This document shows, in pieces, positions 1 to 8,516 of a DNA stretch of 32,000 bases. The stretch spans positions 2,940,001-2,972,000 of the forward strand of contig NC_017080.1 of NCBI RefSeq assembly GCF_000284115.1. Direction: 5' to 3'. The DNA is from Phycisphaera mikurensis NBRC 102666. GTDB taxonomy: Bacteria > Planctomycetota > Phycisphaerae > Phycisphaerales > Phycisphaeraceae. The notes below the pieces were generated by a model. It searched no databases. It saw only the letters and a program-made list of their open reading frames with translations, and had not been told where the DNA came from. Position 1 is the first letter of the stretch. Every line of letters begins with the position of its first letter. The position numbers and the translations under genes were made by a program.

Positions 1-621
1 GATCGCGTTGCGGGCGACGACGTCGAAGGCGAGCGCCTGGGCGCTCATCCGCGGCGAGGTCGCGATGCCCACGCAGCGCTCGACGCGGCCGGGATGCGTG
101 ATCGCCCAGGTCATCGCCTGGTGCCCGCCCAGCGAGCCGCCGACCACGGCGCGGAGCTTCCCGACCCCGAGGCCGTCGAGCAGGCGGCGCTGCGCCTCGA
201 CCATGTCGGCGATCGTCACGACCGGGAAGTCGGGTCCGTAGACGCGGCCGGTCCGCGGGTCGACGCTCGCCGGCCCGGTGGTGCCGCGGCAGCCGCCGAG
301 CACGTTGGAGCACACGACGTACCACCGCGTGGTGTCGATGCCGTACGCGGACCCCGGTCCGATCAGCCCGTCCCACCAGCCGGCCGCGTCGTCGTCGCCG
401 TGCCGCGCCGCGTGGCTGTCCCCGGTGAGCGCGTGGCACACCAGCACCGCGTTGGAGCCGTCGGGAGCGAGCTCGCCCCAGGTCTCGTAAGCGACCTCCA
501 GCACCGGAAGCTCGCCGCCGAGCGCCAGCGACAGCGGCTCCTCGGACCGCCAGAGGCGACGGTGCGACGAGGCTTCCGCGCCTCGGAGGTCATCGGAGCT
601 GGTCGGGAGGTCGGCACCCAT
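1..621 (-). CDS. metX: Homoserine O-acetyltransferase (MetX-like alpha/beta hydrolase), N-terminal part; runs off the left edge
   Basis: Minus frame from ATG at 621 open to base 1, reading ...LEVAYETWGELAPDGSNAVLVCHALTGDSHAARH..WWDGLIGPGSAYGIDTTRWYVVCSNVLGGCRGTTGPASVDPRTGRVYG..FPVVTIADMVEAQRRLLDGLGVGKLRAVVGGSLGGHQAMTWAI. These are characteristic MetX motifs, including the GGSxGG nucleophile elbow. Not in the ORF track because it has no stop inside the window. Confidence 0.88.
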   Translation of the reverse strand, partial: MGADLPTSSDDLRGAEASSHRRLWRSEEPLSLALGGELPVLEVAYETWGELAPDGSNAVLVCHALTGDSHAARHGDDDAAGWWDGLIGPGSAYGIDTTRWYVVCSNVLGGCRGTTGPASVDPRTGRVYGPDFPVVTIADMVEAQRRLLDGLGVGKLRAVVGGSLGGHQAMTWAITHPGRVERCVGIATSPRMSAQALAFDVVARNAI

Positions 622-638
622 GGAGCCGCGCACCTTAA

Positions 639-2048
639 ATGGACGCCTTGCCGCCCGCGCCCCGCTTTCTCCTGTGCCTGCTCGTCGTCCTGCCGCTGTG
701 GCCCGGGGTGGTCGGCTGCACGAGCACCTCCGACCGCATCCTCGAGTTCCAATCCCGCTACGACCACCGCGCCCTCGCCAGCGCCGAAGCCGCCGCGGAG
801 AGGAGCCTCCGCCGCGACCACCGCCGGCACGCCATCTACTGGAACCTCGAGCTCGGCAAGACCCGCTTCGAGCGCGGCGACCACGCCGGAGCACTGCAAG
901 CCTGGGGCGCGGCGGAGGAGGGCATGGACCGCTGGGCCGTGCGGCCGCCCTTCCGCCTCCGCGAGACGGTGGCCACGACGTCCTGGAACGACCTGCTGCT
1001 CCCCTACCGCGGCCGGGTCACCGAGCGGCTGCTGATGCACACGTACCAGAGCCTCGCCGCCCTCTTCCTCGGCGACACCGAGCGGGCGCAGGTGTTCCGC
1101 CGCCGCGCGTGGCGGACGCAGCTCGAGGCCGAGCAGGTCTTCGGCGACGACCTCGCCGCGGACCGCGCCGCCTTCGAACGCCGCCTCGGCTCGGCCGTGC
1201 CCGACGCCGCCGTCGAGCGTTCGGCACGGTCGGTCACCTCCCGCTGGGACGACCGCGTCCGCGGGCCTTACGCGACGCTGCTCAACCCCTTCACGACGCA
1301 CCAGGCCGCGCTGATGGCGCTCGCCGAGGGCAGCACCGCCGAGGCCGAGGGCCTGCTGGCGCGGGCCGCCGCGATGGTGCCGGGCAACCGCTTCGTGCAG
1401 GCCGACCGCGGCCAGCGCGGCTGGCTGGACGCCGGCGAGCCCCTCGTCTACGTCTACGCCGAGCTTGGGCTCGTGCCCCGCCGGCGGCCGGAGAACCTGA
1501 CGGTGCTGCAGGGATTCACCGGCGTGTCGAGCCTGCCGCTTCCGGTGCTCGTGCCGGCGGAGGGGAGGGCCCGCGGGGTGGTGGCGGACGCAGACCGCGG
1601 GGCCTCGGGAACGACCCGCGGTGCATCGGGGCCGGTGCGCGGCGTCGAGCTCGCCGACCTGGGCGCCGCCACGGCCGCCGCGTTCGAGCGCGAGTTCCCC
1701 GGCGTGCTGCTCCGCGCCGTCACCGGCCTGGCCGCCAAGGAGGCCGCCACCGCCGCCGCGATGAACCAGGCCAGGAGCCCCGAGGAGGCGCTCGCGGTGC
1801 TCGTCGGCGGCTCCCTCTGGAAGCTCGCCGCCGCCGAGCCGGACCTCCGCGGCTGGTCGTCGCTGGGCGACGCGGTCGACCTGCTGCGCGTCCCCCGCCC
1901 CGCCGACGGACGCCTGCGCCTCGAGGTGGTCGGTGGCCGCGGCGCGGGCGTCGACCTCATCCTGCCGGAGGCGCAGGCGATCCTCGTCTACCTGCGCAGC
2001 GTCGACGGCGAGCGGGTGCGGGCCGACGTCGCCGTGCTGGCGCGGTGA
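639..2048 (+). CDS. Predicted lipoprotein resembling the COG3014 family (TPR-like helical)
   Basis: N-terminal lipobox-like LPLWPGVVGC; GDHAGALQAWGAAEEG, TERLLMHTYQSLAALFLGDTERAQVFRRRAWRTQ, NPFTTHQAALMALAEG, PLVYVYAELGLVPRRRPE. The order of motifs resembles COG3014. Confidence 0.65.
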   Translation: MDALPPAPRFLLCLLVVLPLWPGVVGCTSTSDRILEFQSRYDHRALASAEAAAERSLRRDHRRHAIYWNLELGKTRFERGDHAGALQAWGAAEEGMDRWAVRPPFRLRETVATTSWNDLLLPYRGRVTERLLMHTYQSLAALFLGDTERAQVFRRRAWRTQLEAEQVFGDDLAADRAAFERRLGSAVPDAAVERSARSVTSRWDDRVRGPYATLLNPFTTHQAALMALAEGSTAEAEGLLARAAAMVPGNRFVQADRGQRGWLDAGEPLVYVYAELGLVPRRRPENLTVLQGFTGVSSLPLPVLVPAEGRARGVVADADRGASGTTRGASGPVRGVELADLGAATAAAFEREFPGVLLRAVTGLAAKEAATAAAMNQARSPEEALAVLVGGSLWKLAAAEPDLRGWSSLGDAVDLLRVPRPADGRLRLEVVGGRGAGVDLILPEAQAILVYLRSVDGERVRADVAVLAR

Positions 2049-2051
2049 CCG

Positions 2052-2066
2052 GCGGCGCGACGCCGC
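2052..2066. terminator. Candidate bidirectional terminator hairpin between convergent genes
   Basis: gcggcg-cga-cgccgc perfect 6-bp stem in the 32-bp gap between two converging stop codons; no U-tract. Confidence 0.3.
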
Positions 2067-2080
2067 AGAAGGATCGGGCG

Positions 2081-2941
2081 TCACCCACCCGCCGCGGCGT
2101 GATCGCACCCCGGCCCGTCCGCCTCGGCGCAGAGCCGGATGGTCCGGTGCCCCTCCGCGTCGGTCCCGCAGACGCACACCGCCGACGGGTCCCCGGTGAC
2201 CAGCAGCTTGCCCGCCCGCATCACGCTCACGGTGTCCGACGCGACCAGCGCCTCCATCGGGTCGTGCGTCACCATCAAGACGGCCACGCCGGCCGCCCGC
2301 AGCACGGCGAGCGTCTCGGAGCGGACCGACTCCCGCAGCCTCGCGTCCAGGCCGGAGAAGGGCTCGTCGAGCAGCATCACCGCGGGGTCGCGAGCGAGCG
2401 CTCGGGCGAGCGCGACGCGCTGCTGCTGCCCGCCGGAGAGCGTGTGCGGCATCGCGGCGCCGCGGCCCCCCATGCCGACGCGTTCGAGCAGCGCCTCGGC
2501 GGCGGCCCGGCGGTCGCGGCGGCGCAGGTGACGCATGCCGAAGGCGACGTTCCGCCGGACGCAGAGGTGGGGGAACAAGCCGTAGTCCTGGAAGACGATC
2601 CCGACCGGCCGCTTCTCGGGCGGCACGTGCAACCGCCCGTCGTCGACGACCCGATCGTCCACCAGCACCCGCCCGCGCCCGGGCCGCTCGAGGCCCGCAA
2701 TCACGCGGAGCAGCGTCGTCTTCCCGCAGCCGGAGTCGCCGAGCAGGCCGTGCACGCGTCCGGGCTCGAGCGTGAGGCTCACCCCCTTGAGGACCTCCTC
2801 GCCGCGGCCGTAGCGGTGGCGGAGGTTCTGCACGCGGACGCCCCCGCCCGCGCCCCCGCCCGCGGCCGCGGCAACACCGGGCCGACGCCCCGCCACGGTG
2901 AGCGGCGTCGGGGGGATCGGCTTGGAGGCGATGGCGGTCAT
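2081..2941 (-). CDS. ABC transporter ATP-binding protein, Fe3+/FbpC-like
   Basis: Walker A GDSGCGKTT, Q-loop FQDYGLFPHL, signature LSGGQQQR, Walker B VMLLDEP, H-loop MVTHD. Start ATG at 2941 overlaps the permease stop (ATGA). Confidence 0.92.
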   Translation of the reverse strand: MTAIASKPIPPTPLTVAGRRPGVAAAAGGGAGGGVRVQNLRHRYGRGEEVLKGVSLTLEPGRVHGLLGDSGCGKTTLLRVIAGLERPGRGRVLVDDRVVDDGRLHVPPEKRPVGIVFQDYGLFPHLCVRRNVAFGMRHLRRRDRRAAAEALLERVGMGGRGAAMPHTLSGGQQQRVALARALARDPAVMLLDEPFSGLDARLRESVRSETLAVLRAAGVAVLMVTHDPMEALVASDTVSVMRAGKLLVTGDPSAVCVCGTDAEGHRTIRLCAEADGPGCDHAAAGG

Positions 2942-4578
2942 GGTCGCTCTTCTCTGCGCGTGAGCAGCGCCGACAGTACGACGACCGGCAGCAGCCCGAG
3001 CCCGATGATCGCCAGCGCCGCCGAGGACGCTTCCTCGAGCCGCTCGTCGCTGGCGAGCTGGTAGACCCGGACCGCGAGGGTGTCGAAGTCGAAGGGCCGG
3101 AGCATCAGCGTCACCGGCAGCTCCTTCACGACGTCGACGAAGACCAGCAGCAGCGCCGCGAGCAGCGGCGCCCGCAGCAGCGGGAGGAGCACCACGAGCG
3201 TGAGCCGCCAGCCGCCGGCGCCCAGCGAGCGGGCCGCGTCGTCGACGCTCCTCCGCACGCGGCCCAGGCCCGACTCGATCATCGCCAGCGCGACGCCCAG
3301 GAAGCGGACCTGGTAGCCGATCACCACCGCCGCCACGCCGCCGGTGAGCAGCAGGCCCGTCGGCGTGCCGAACAGACGCACCGCCCCGCGGTGCAGGTGG
3401 AGGTCGATCCAGGCGAGCGGGCCGAGCAGGCCGACAGCGATCACCGTTCCCGGCAACGCGTAGCCGAAGCCCGCGACGCGGCGGGCGGAGCCGGTGAGGA
3501 CCGATCCGCGCAGCCGATCCCCCAGCGCCACGGTCAACGCGAGCGCCACCGCGAGGGCCGCCGCACCCGCCGCGAGCCCGAGCGTCCGCGGCGCGTGCGT
3601 CCGCAGCACCTCCCGCGACCGCTCGTCGCCTTCGGCGAGGGTCATGTGCGCGAACAGCAGCGCCGGCCCGAGGAAGCCGACCGCCACCGGCAGCGCGCAG
3701 GCGAGGAAGGCCCCGGACGCCGCGAGCGGCCCGAGCCGGAACGGGCGCAGCGGCGCCTGCCGCTGCGTGGGGGCGTGGTGCCTCGCCCGCCGCCGGGCGA
3801 GGCCCTCGGCGAGCACCAGCACCGCCACCGCGCCCAGCAGCACCGACGCCAGCTGCGCCGCCGCCGTCGGCGACTCCAGGCTCTTCCACGCGCGGTAGAC
3901 GCCGGTCGCGAAGGTGTCGACGGCGAAGTAGTCGGCTACGCCGAAGTCGGCCAGCGTCTCCATCAGCACCAGCACCAGCCCCGCCGCGATCCCCGGCCGG
4001 GCCATCGGCAACGCGACGTGGAAGAAGCTGCCCCATGGCCCGCGGCCCAGCGTGCGGCCCAGCTCCATCGCCACGCCGGATTGCCCCTGGAAGGCGGTCC
4101 GGGCCGCGAGGAACACGTACGGGCCCAGCCCGAAGCCGAGGATCACCGCGGCGCCGCCCAGCGAGCGGATCTCCGGGAACCAGCCGTCCAGCGACGCGAC
4201 CGCCGGCGTCGCCCGCAGCCACGACCGCACCGGGCCGGCGAACTGCAGGAGGTCCGTCCACGCGTAGGCCGCCAGCCACGCCGGCACCGCCAGCGGCAGC
4301 AGCAGCGCCCAGCGGAACACCGCCCGCCCCGGAAAGCGGCACATCGTCACCAGCCAGGCCGTGCCCACGCCGGTCGCCGCCGCGATCACCCCGGTCGCCG
4401 CCGCCAGCAGCGCCGTCGCCGTCGCGTACCCGGCCATCCGGGTTTGGACGAGGTGGAACCACGCGTCGTCGAAGCCCTGGAACAGGCTCGCGAGCACGCG
4501 GAGCACCGGCAGCGAGATCAACGCCGCGACGAGCAGGCACGCGATGGCCCAGCCGCTGAGGCGGGGCGACGGCCTCAA
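2938..4578 (-). CDS. ABC transporter permease, FbpB-like, two fused permease halves
   Basis: Many TM segments, two permease-like halves, EAA-like regions (MELGRTLGRGPWGSFFHVALPMARPGIAAG; DDAARSLGAGGWRLTLVVLLPLLRAPLLAA). Start proposed as TTG at 4578 overlapping the upstream TGA; the start is uncertain. Confidence 0.88.
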   Translation of the reverse strand: MRPSPRLSGWAIACLLVAALISLPVLRVLASLFQGFDDAWFHLVQTRMAGYATATALLAAATGVIAAATGVGTAWLVTMCRFPGRAVFRWALLLPLAVPAWLAAYAWTDLLQFAGPVRSWLRATPAVASLDGWFPEIRSLGGAAVILGFGLGPYVFLAARTAFQGQSGVAMELGRTLGRGPWGSFFHVALPMARPGIAAGLVLVLMETLADFGVADYFAVDTFATGVYRAWKSLESPTAAAQLASVLLGAVAVLVLAEGLARRRARHHAPTQRQAPLRPFRLGPLAASGAFLACALPVAVGFLGPALLFAHMTLAEGDERSREVLRTHAPRTLGLAAGAAALAVALALTVALGDRLRGSVLTGSARRVAGFGYALPGTVIAVGLLGPLAWIDLHLHRGAVRLFGTPTGLLLTGGVAAVVIGYQVRFLGVALAMIESGLGRVRRSVDDAARSLGAGGWRLTLVVLLPLLRAPLLAALLLVFVDVVKELPVTLMLRPFDFDTLAVRVYQLASDERLEEASSAALAIIGLGLLPVVVLSALLTRREERP

Positions 4579-5618
4579 CGCCAGCCGGCCCGGTCCATGA
4601 TCTTCACCGCCTCGCGATTGAGCGAGCCCAGCTCCGACGCGTTGAGCGTGTCCTCCTTGAAGCCGCCGAAGCCCTCGAGCACGCCGGTCAGCCCGACCCC
4701 CGGCACCACCGGATACTCGAAATTGGCCAGCGCGTACAGCCTCTGCCCCTCGTCGCTCACGAGGAACGCGATGAACGCCAGCGCGTTGTCGCGGTTGGGT
4801 GCCGAGGCGACCACCCCCGCCCCCGAGACGTTCACGTGCGCCCCGCGGCCGTCTTGGTCGGGGAAGACCAGCGTCAGCTTCTCCGCCGCCGCCCGGTCCT
4901 CCGCGTCGTCCCCCGCCAGCATCCGCGCGATGTAGTAGTGGTTCGCCACCGCGACCGATCCCTCGCCCGCGGCCGCCGCCCGCGCCTGGTCGCGGTCGCC
5001 GCCCTGGGGCGTGCGGGCCAGGTTCTCGACCACGCCCTCGCACCACGTTGCGGCTTGATCTTCCCCGGCGTTGGCGATCAGAGACGCCACCAACGACTGG
5101 TTGTAGACGTTCCCGCTCGAGCGGATCAGCAGCTCACCCCGGAGCGACGGATCGGCCAGGCCCTCGTACGTCGCCACCGCGGGAGCGCCGGGCGCCCGCA
5201 GGATCACCCGCACCCGCTTGCTCACGCCGAACCAGAGGCCGTCGGGGTGGCGGAGGTTCGCGGGGATCCGCGCCTCCAGCGCTGCGCTCTCCACCGGCTC
5301 CAAGACGCCGCGGTCGACAGCCAGCTGCAGCCGCCCCGCGTCCACCGCGATGAAGACGTCCGCCGGCGAGAGCTCCCCCTCCCGCTGGATCCGAGCGAGC
5401 AGAACGTCGGCATCGGCCTCGATCGTCTTCACGGCGATGCCGGTCTTCTTGGTAAAGGCCTCGTAGAGCGCTTCGTCGGAGTCGTAGTGTCGGGAGGTGT
5501 AGAGGTTGACGATGCCCTCCGCCGAAGCCGGCGGGCCGGCGGGCAGCACGGCCGCGGCGGCGGCGAGCAGCGGGACGAGAACGGGTGCGAGCCATCGGGC
5601 GGAGCGGGAGCGATGCAT
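4575..5618 (-). CDS. Fe3+ ABC transporter substrate-binding protein (FbpA/FutA-like)
   Basis: Signal peptide plus GIVNLYTSRHYDSDEALYEAFTKKTGIAVKTIEADADVLLARIQREG..SPADVFIAVDAGRL; C-terminal FLVSDEGQRLYA..FEYPVVPG. Confidence 0.93.
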   Translation of the reverse strand: MHRSRSARWLAPVLVPLLAAAAAVLPAGPPASAEGIVNLYTSRHYDSDEALYEAFTKKTGIAVKTIEADADVLLARIQREGELSPADVFIAVDAGRLQLAVDRGVLEPVESAALEARIPANLRHPDGLWFGVSKRVRVILRAPGAPAVATYEGLADPSLRGELLIRSSGNVYNQSLVASLIANAGEDQAATWCEGVVENLARTPQGGDRDQARAAAAGEGSVAVANHYYIARMLAGDDAEDRAAAEKLTLVFPDQDGRGAHVNVSGAGVVASAPNRDNALAFIAFLVSDEGQRLYALANFEYPVVPGVGLTGVLEGFGGFKEDTLNASELGSLNREAVKIMDRAGWR

Positions 5619-5806
5619 GGCGGTCTGGAGCGGGAGTGGCGGGGTCGCCGCCGGGCTCGCTCCGGAGACGGAGCGACTGCGACCCAAGGAGTCGGAGATT
5701 AGCGGGCGGTCCCGCCCCCGCGTCCGCCCGCCCCGGGCGGGTTCCCGCAGCCCGGCTCCTCCGGCCCGACCCGGAGCCGACGCTGCCGCGGGTGGAGGGG
5801 GCCAGT

Positions 5807-5835
5807 TTGAACTGCGATTGATCTTGTCGTAGTCT
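5807..5835 (+). promoter_or_regulatory. Weak promoter candidate upstream of the 5890 PEP-CTERM gene
   Basis: ttgaac-N17-tagtct inside the only relatively AT-rich stretch of the divergent intergenic region, about 55 bp before the ATG. Confidence 0.2.
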
Positions 5836-5889
5836 TCCGACGCGACGGCCCGGACCCGGGACCGCACCCCAAGCCCCTGGAGAATCGTC

Positions 5890-6645
5890 ATGTTCCGCCC
5901 GACCCCCTTGGCCACCGCCGCGGTGGCCGCCGCCGCCGCCCTCCCTGGCGCCGCCGACACGCTGGACCTGGACCTGGTCGCCGACGACGGCAGCCGCTTC
6001 ATCGAGTACTTCAGCGGCGTCTTCGCCGAACTCGGCCAGCCCCGCCCGGACGGGTCCGGCGGCGTGGCGTCCGGCGCCGACGCCTTCTTCGACCTCTCCG
6101 CCGAGTCCGCCGCCTTCCAGGCCGACCCGTTCGGCAACGAGGCCACGGCTCACGCCGTCCCGCCTTTCGGTGGGCCCGCAACGGTCTTCGACAACGGCCG
6201 GGCCTTCTCCGCGTCCTACACGCTCGACTACGACGACAGCGGGCTCGCCGGCGGCACCGGCGTCGCCTCCGTCACCGGGCTCGCCCTGGACTTCACCCGG
6301 GACGTCGCCGGCGGGACGGACGCGACGATCTTCGCCTCGGACTACACGACCACCGTGAGCGGAGTCGTTGGGACCGCGACGTTCGTCCAAGGCGAGGCCG
6401 CCTCCGTGGCGGTGGAAGCCCAGGTCGCGCTGCAGTTTCCCGGGAGCACCCCGCTCAGCGGGACCTTCCGCCTGACCGGCGACCGCTTCGCGCTCGCCGT
6501 CGACGACAGCCTCGAGACCGGCTTCGGCAGCGCCCGCTACGTGTGGGACCTGACCGGCTCCGTGGCGAACGTGCCCGAGCCCGCCTCCGCCGCCCTGCTC
6601 GCCGCCGGCGGCCTGCTGCTGGGTGCCCGCCGCCGCCGCGCCTGA
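5890..6645 (+). CDS. PEP-CTERM domain exported protein
   Basis: N-terminal signal peptide; C-terminal [24 protein letters not shown] sorting signal. Confidence 0.88.
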   Translation: MFRPTPLATAAVAAAAALPGAADTLDLDLVADDGSRFIEYFSGVFAELGQPRPDGSGGVASGADAFFDLSAESAAFQADPFGNEATAHAVPPFGGPATVFDNGRAFSASYTLDYDDSGLAGGTGVASVTGLALDFTRDVAGGTDATIFASDYTTTVSGVVGTATFVQGEAASVAVEAQVALQFPGSTPLSGTFRLTGDRFALAVDDSLETGFGSARYVWDLTGSVANVPEPASAALLAAGGLLLGARRRRA

Positions 6646-6679
6646 TCGCCTTCCGCCCCACCGCCCCGACCACCACGCG

Positions 6680-7582
6680 ATGAAACCCGCCCTCCCCACC
6701 GCCGCCGGCCTCGCGGCGCTCGTGCTCGCCCCCGCCGCCGCCGCCGCCCCGACCGGCTTCGGCCTCACCGGCTCCGACGCCGAAGGCTACTTCGCCGTCG
6801 TGGGCTTCAACCAGGAGGGCGGCATCCAGCCCTCGGACTTGAGCCGCGATCCGGCCAGCCCGAAGTTCTTCGACTACCCGTCGTACGCGAACCCGAGCAT
6901 CGCCGCGAACACCTACGTGTTCTCGGTCGAGCCCTACCGGTTCGGGCTGAGCTACCCCGACCCGCTGCACCCCACCGGCTCGGCCACCTTCGCGAGCATC
7001 GACCGGGTCGTGGAGGGCGTGACCGAAGACGCCGACTTCGCGGACTTCGCCATCGGCGGGTTCCGCTTCGACGGCTCCGCGGTGACCGGCGTGGGGACCG
7101 AGATCGTGGGAGCCGATGCGTTGACGCTCACGCTCGACGGCACCGACTTCGAATCGAGGAACCGCAACGCCTTCCAGGGAACGCCCGGCGACCCGGGCGG
7201 CCGCTCGAACAACAACGAGTTCGCCAACATCGTGAGCTTCACGCAGAGCGGCAGCACCGGCACCGGCCTCACCTTCGAAAAAGGCGTGCTCGCCGCCATC
7301 GACCTCGTCGTCAACGTGAACGTCAACAGCACGGCCGCCGCCGCGGGATCCCCCAGCGCCTTCATCGGCTTCGACGCCGCCGGGACGCTGACCTTCTCCG
7401 GCGATCGGTTCGCGTTCGACATCGACGGGACCGACAGCTCGCCTTTCGGTCAGAACGTCCGCGTGCTGCTCAACCGCAGCGGGACCCTCGACGCGGTCGG
7501 CGCCTTCGTGGTGCCCGAGCCGGCCTCCGCCGCCCTGCTGGCCGCGGGGACGGCGCTGCTTGCCCGCCGGCGCCGCGGCTGA
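6680..7582 (+). CDS. PEP-CTERM domain exported protein, neighbour of and partly similar to the preceding one
   Basis: Start [24 protein letters not shown]; C-terminal [24 protein letters not shown]. Shares a GDRFA-(L/F)-(A/D)-(V/I)-D motif and tail with the previous protein. Confidence 0.88.
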   Translation: MKPALPTAAGLAALVLAPAAAAAPTGFGLTGSDAEGYFAVVGFNQEGGIQPSDLSRDPASPKFFDYPSYANPSIAANTYVFSVEPYRFGLSYPDPLHPTGSATFASIDRVVEGVTEDADFADFAIGGFRFDGSAVTGVGTEIVGADALTLTLDGTDFESRNRNAFQGTPGDPGGRSNNNEFANIVSFTQSGSTGTGLTFEKGVLAAIDLVVNVNVNSTAAAAGSPSAFIGFDAAGTLTFSGDRFAFDIDGTDSSPFGQNVRVLLNRSGTLDAVGAFVVPEPASAALLAAGTALLARRRRG

Positions 7583-7664
7583 CCCCGGCTCCTTGACGCC
7601 CCCTCCGCTCGGCTCCCGCGGGCGGTGGTTTCCGCCCGAACCCGGCACGCTCCCTGGACCGCTC

Positions 7665-8516
7665 ATGCGCCGCTCCGCCTGCTCTCACCGCGCCTTCACG
7701 CTCATCGAGTTGCTGGTGGTGATCAGCGTCATCGCGCTGCTGATCGGCATCCTCCTGCCGGCGCTGGGAGCGGCCCGCGGCGCAGCACGCGGCGTGCTGT
7801 GCCTCTCCCAGCTCCGGCAGATCCTGACGGCTTCGCACCTGTACGCGGCCGACCACGACGGACGGCTCCCGCCGCACACCTCGCTCGACCCCACCCTCGA
7901 GAACCCCGACGTCCCGGGCGTCGGCAGCAACGTGTACTGGTGCTGGGCCGAGATCTCCGGCGACCCGGCCCTCGCCCTGCGGTCGGGCTCGGTGGGGCGG
8001 TACCTCCAGGAGGCGACGGCCATCGCCGGGTGCCCCGACTTCGAGACCCCCGACGGCGTCCGCGCGTTCTACACGGGCCTCGGCCGCGTCTACCCCATCG
8101 ACGTCCACTACGCGTACAACGGCCGGATGCTCGGGAAGCCGTCGGCGGCGGGCGCCGCCAACTGGATCCCCTACCGCATCGAGGGGATCGGCGACCCCGG
8201 CTCGACCGTCCTCTTCCACGACAGCGGCTCGCCCGGGTCGGGCGGCACCGAGGTCTGGCCGGAGTTCGAGGCCTACCCCGCCGCACCCGACACCCGGGCC
8301 GGGATGGCCGGAGCGGGCCCGGAGGGGCGGCAGACGGTCCACGCCCGGCACGGGGGCGACGACGCGAACGTCGCCTGGGTCGATGGCCACGCCAGCAGCC
8401 AGGAGGTGACGTTCGCGTTCTCCGATGCCGCGGAAACCCGGCTCAAGCTCGGCACGCTCGACCCGGACCCCGCGGACGGTGCGAGCAACCAGTGGTGGAA
8501 CGCGGGGTTCAAGTGA
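7665..8516 (+). CDS. Type II secretion pseudopilin-like / prepilin-type N-terminal cleavage protein (planctomycete H-X9-DG type)
   Basis: [25 protein letters not shown]-methylation/cleavage motif; C-terminal [17 protein letters not shown] resembles the H-X9-DG motif. Confidence 0.9.
   Translation: MRRSACSHRAFTLIELLVVISVIALLIGILLPALGAARGAARGVLCLSQLRQILTASHLYAADHDGRLPPHTSLDPTLENPDVPGVGSNVYWCWAEISGDPALALRSGSVGRYLQEATAIAGCPDFETPDGVRAFYTGLGRVYPIDVHYAYNGRMLGKPSAAGAANWIPYRIEGIGDPGSTVLFHDSGSPGSGGTEVWPEFEAYPAAPDTRAGMAGAGPEGRQTVHARHGGDDANVAWVDGHASSQEVTFAFSDAAETRLKLGTLDPDPADGASNQWWNAGFK

Noticed and set aside
620-3064. 814-aa plus-strand ORF, and similar long ORFs such as 7625-8512 (+), 8273-11122 (-), 26033-28978 (-) and 26494-29388 (+)
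   Set aside because: Alternative-frame or antisense shadows of well-supported genes with Arg/Pro/Ala-rich, motif-free translations.
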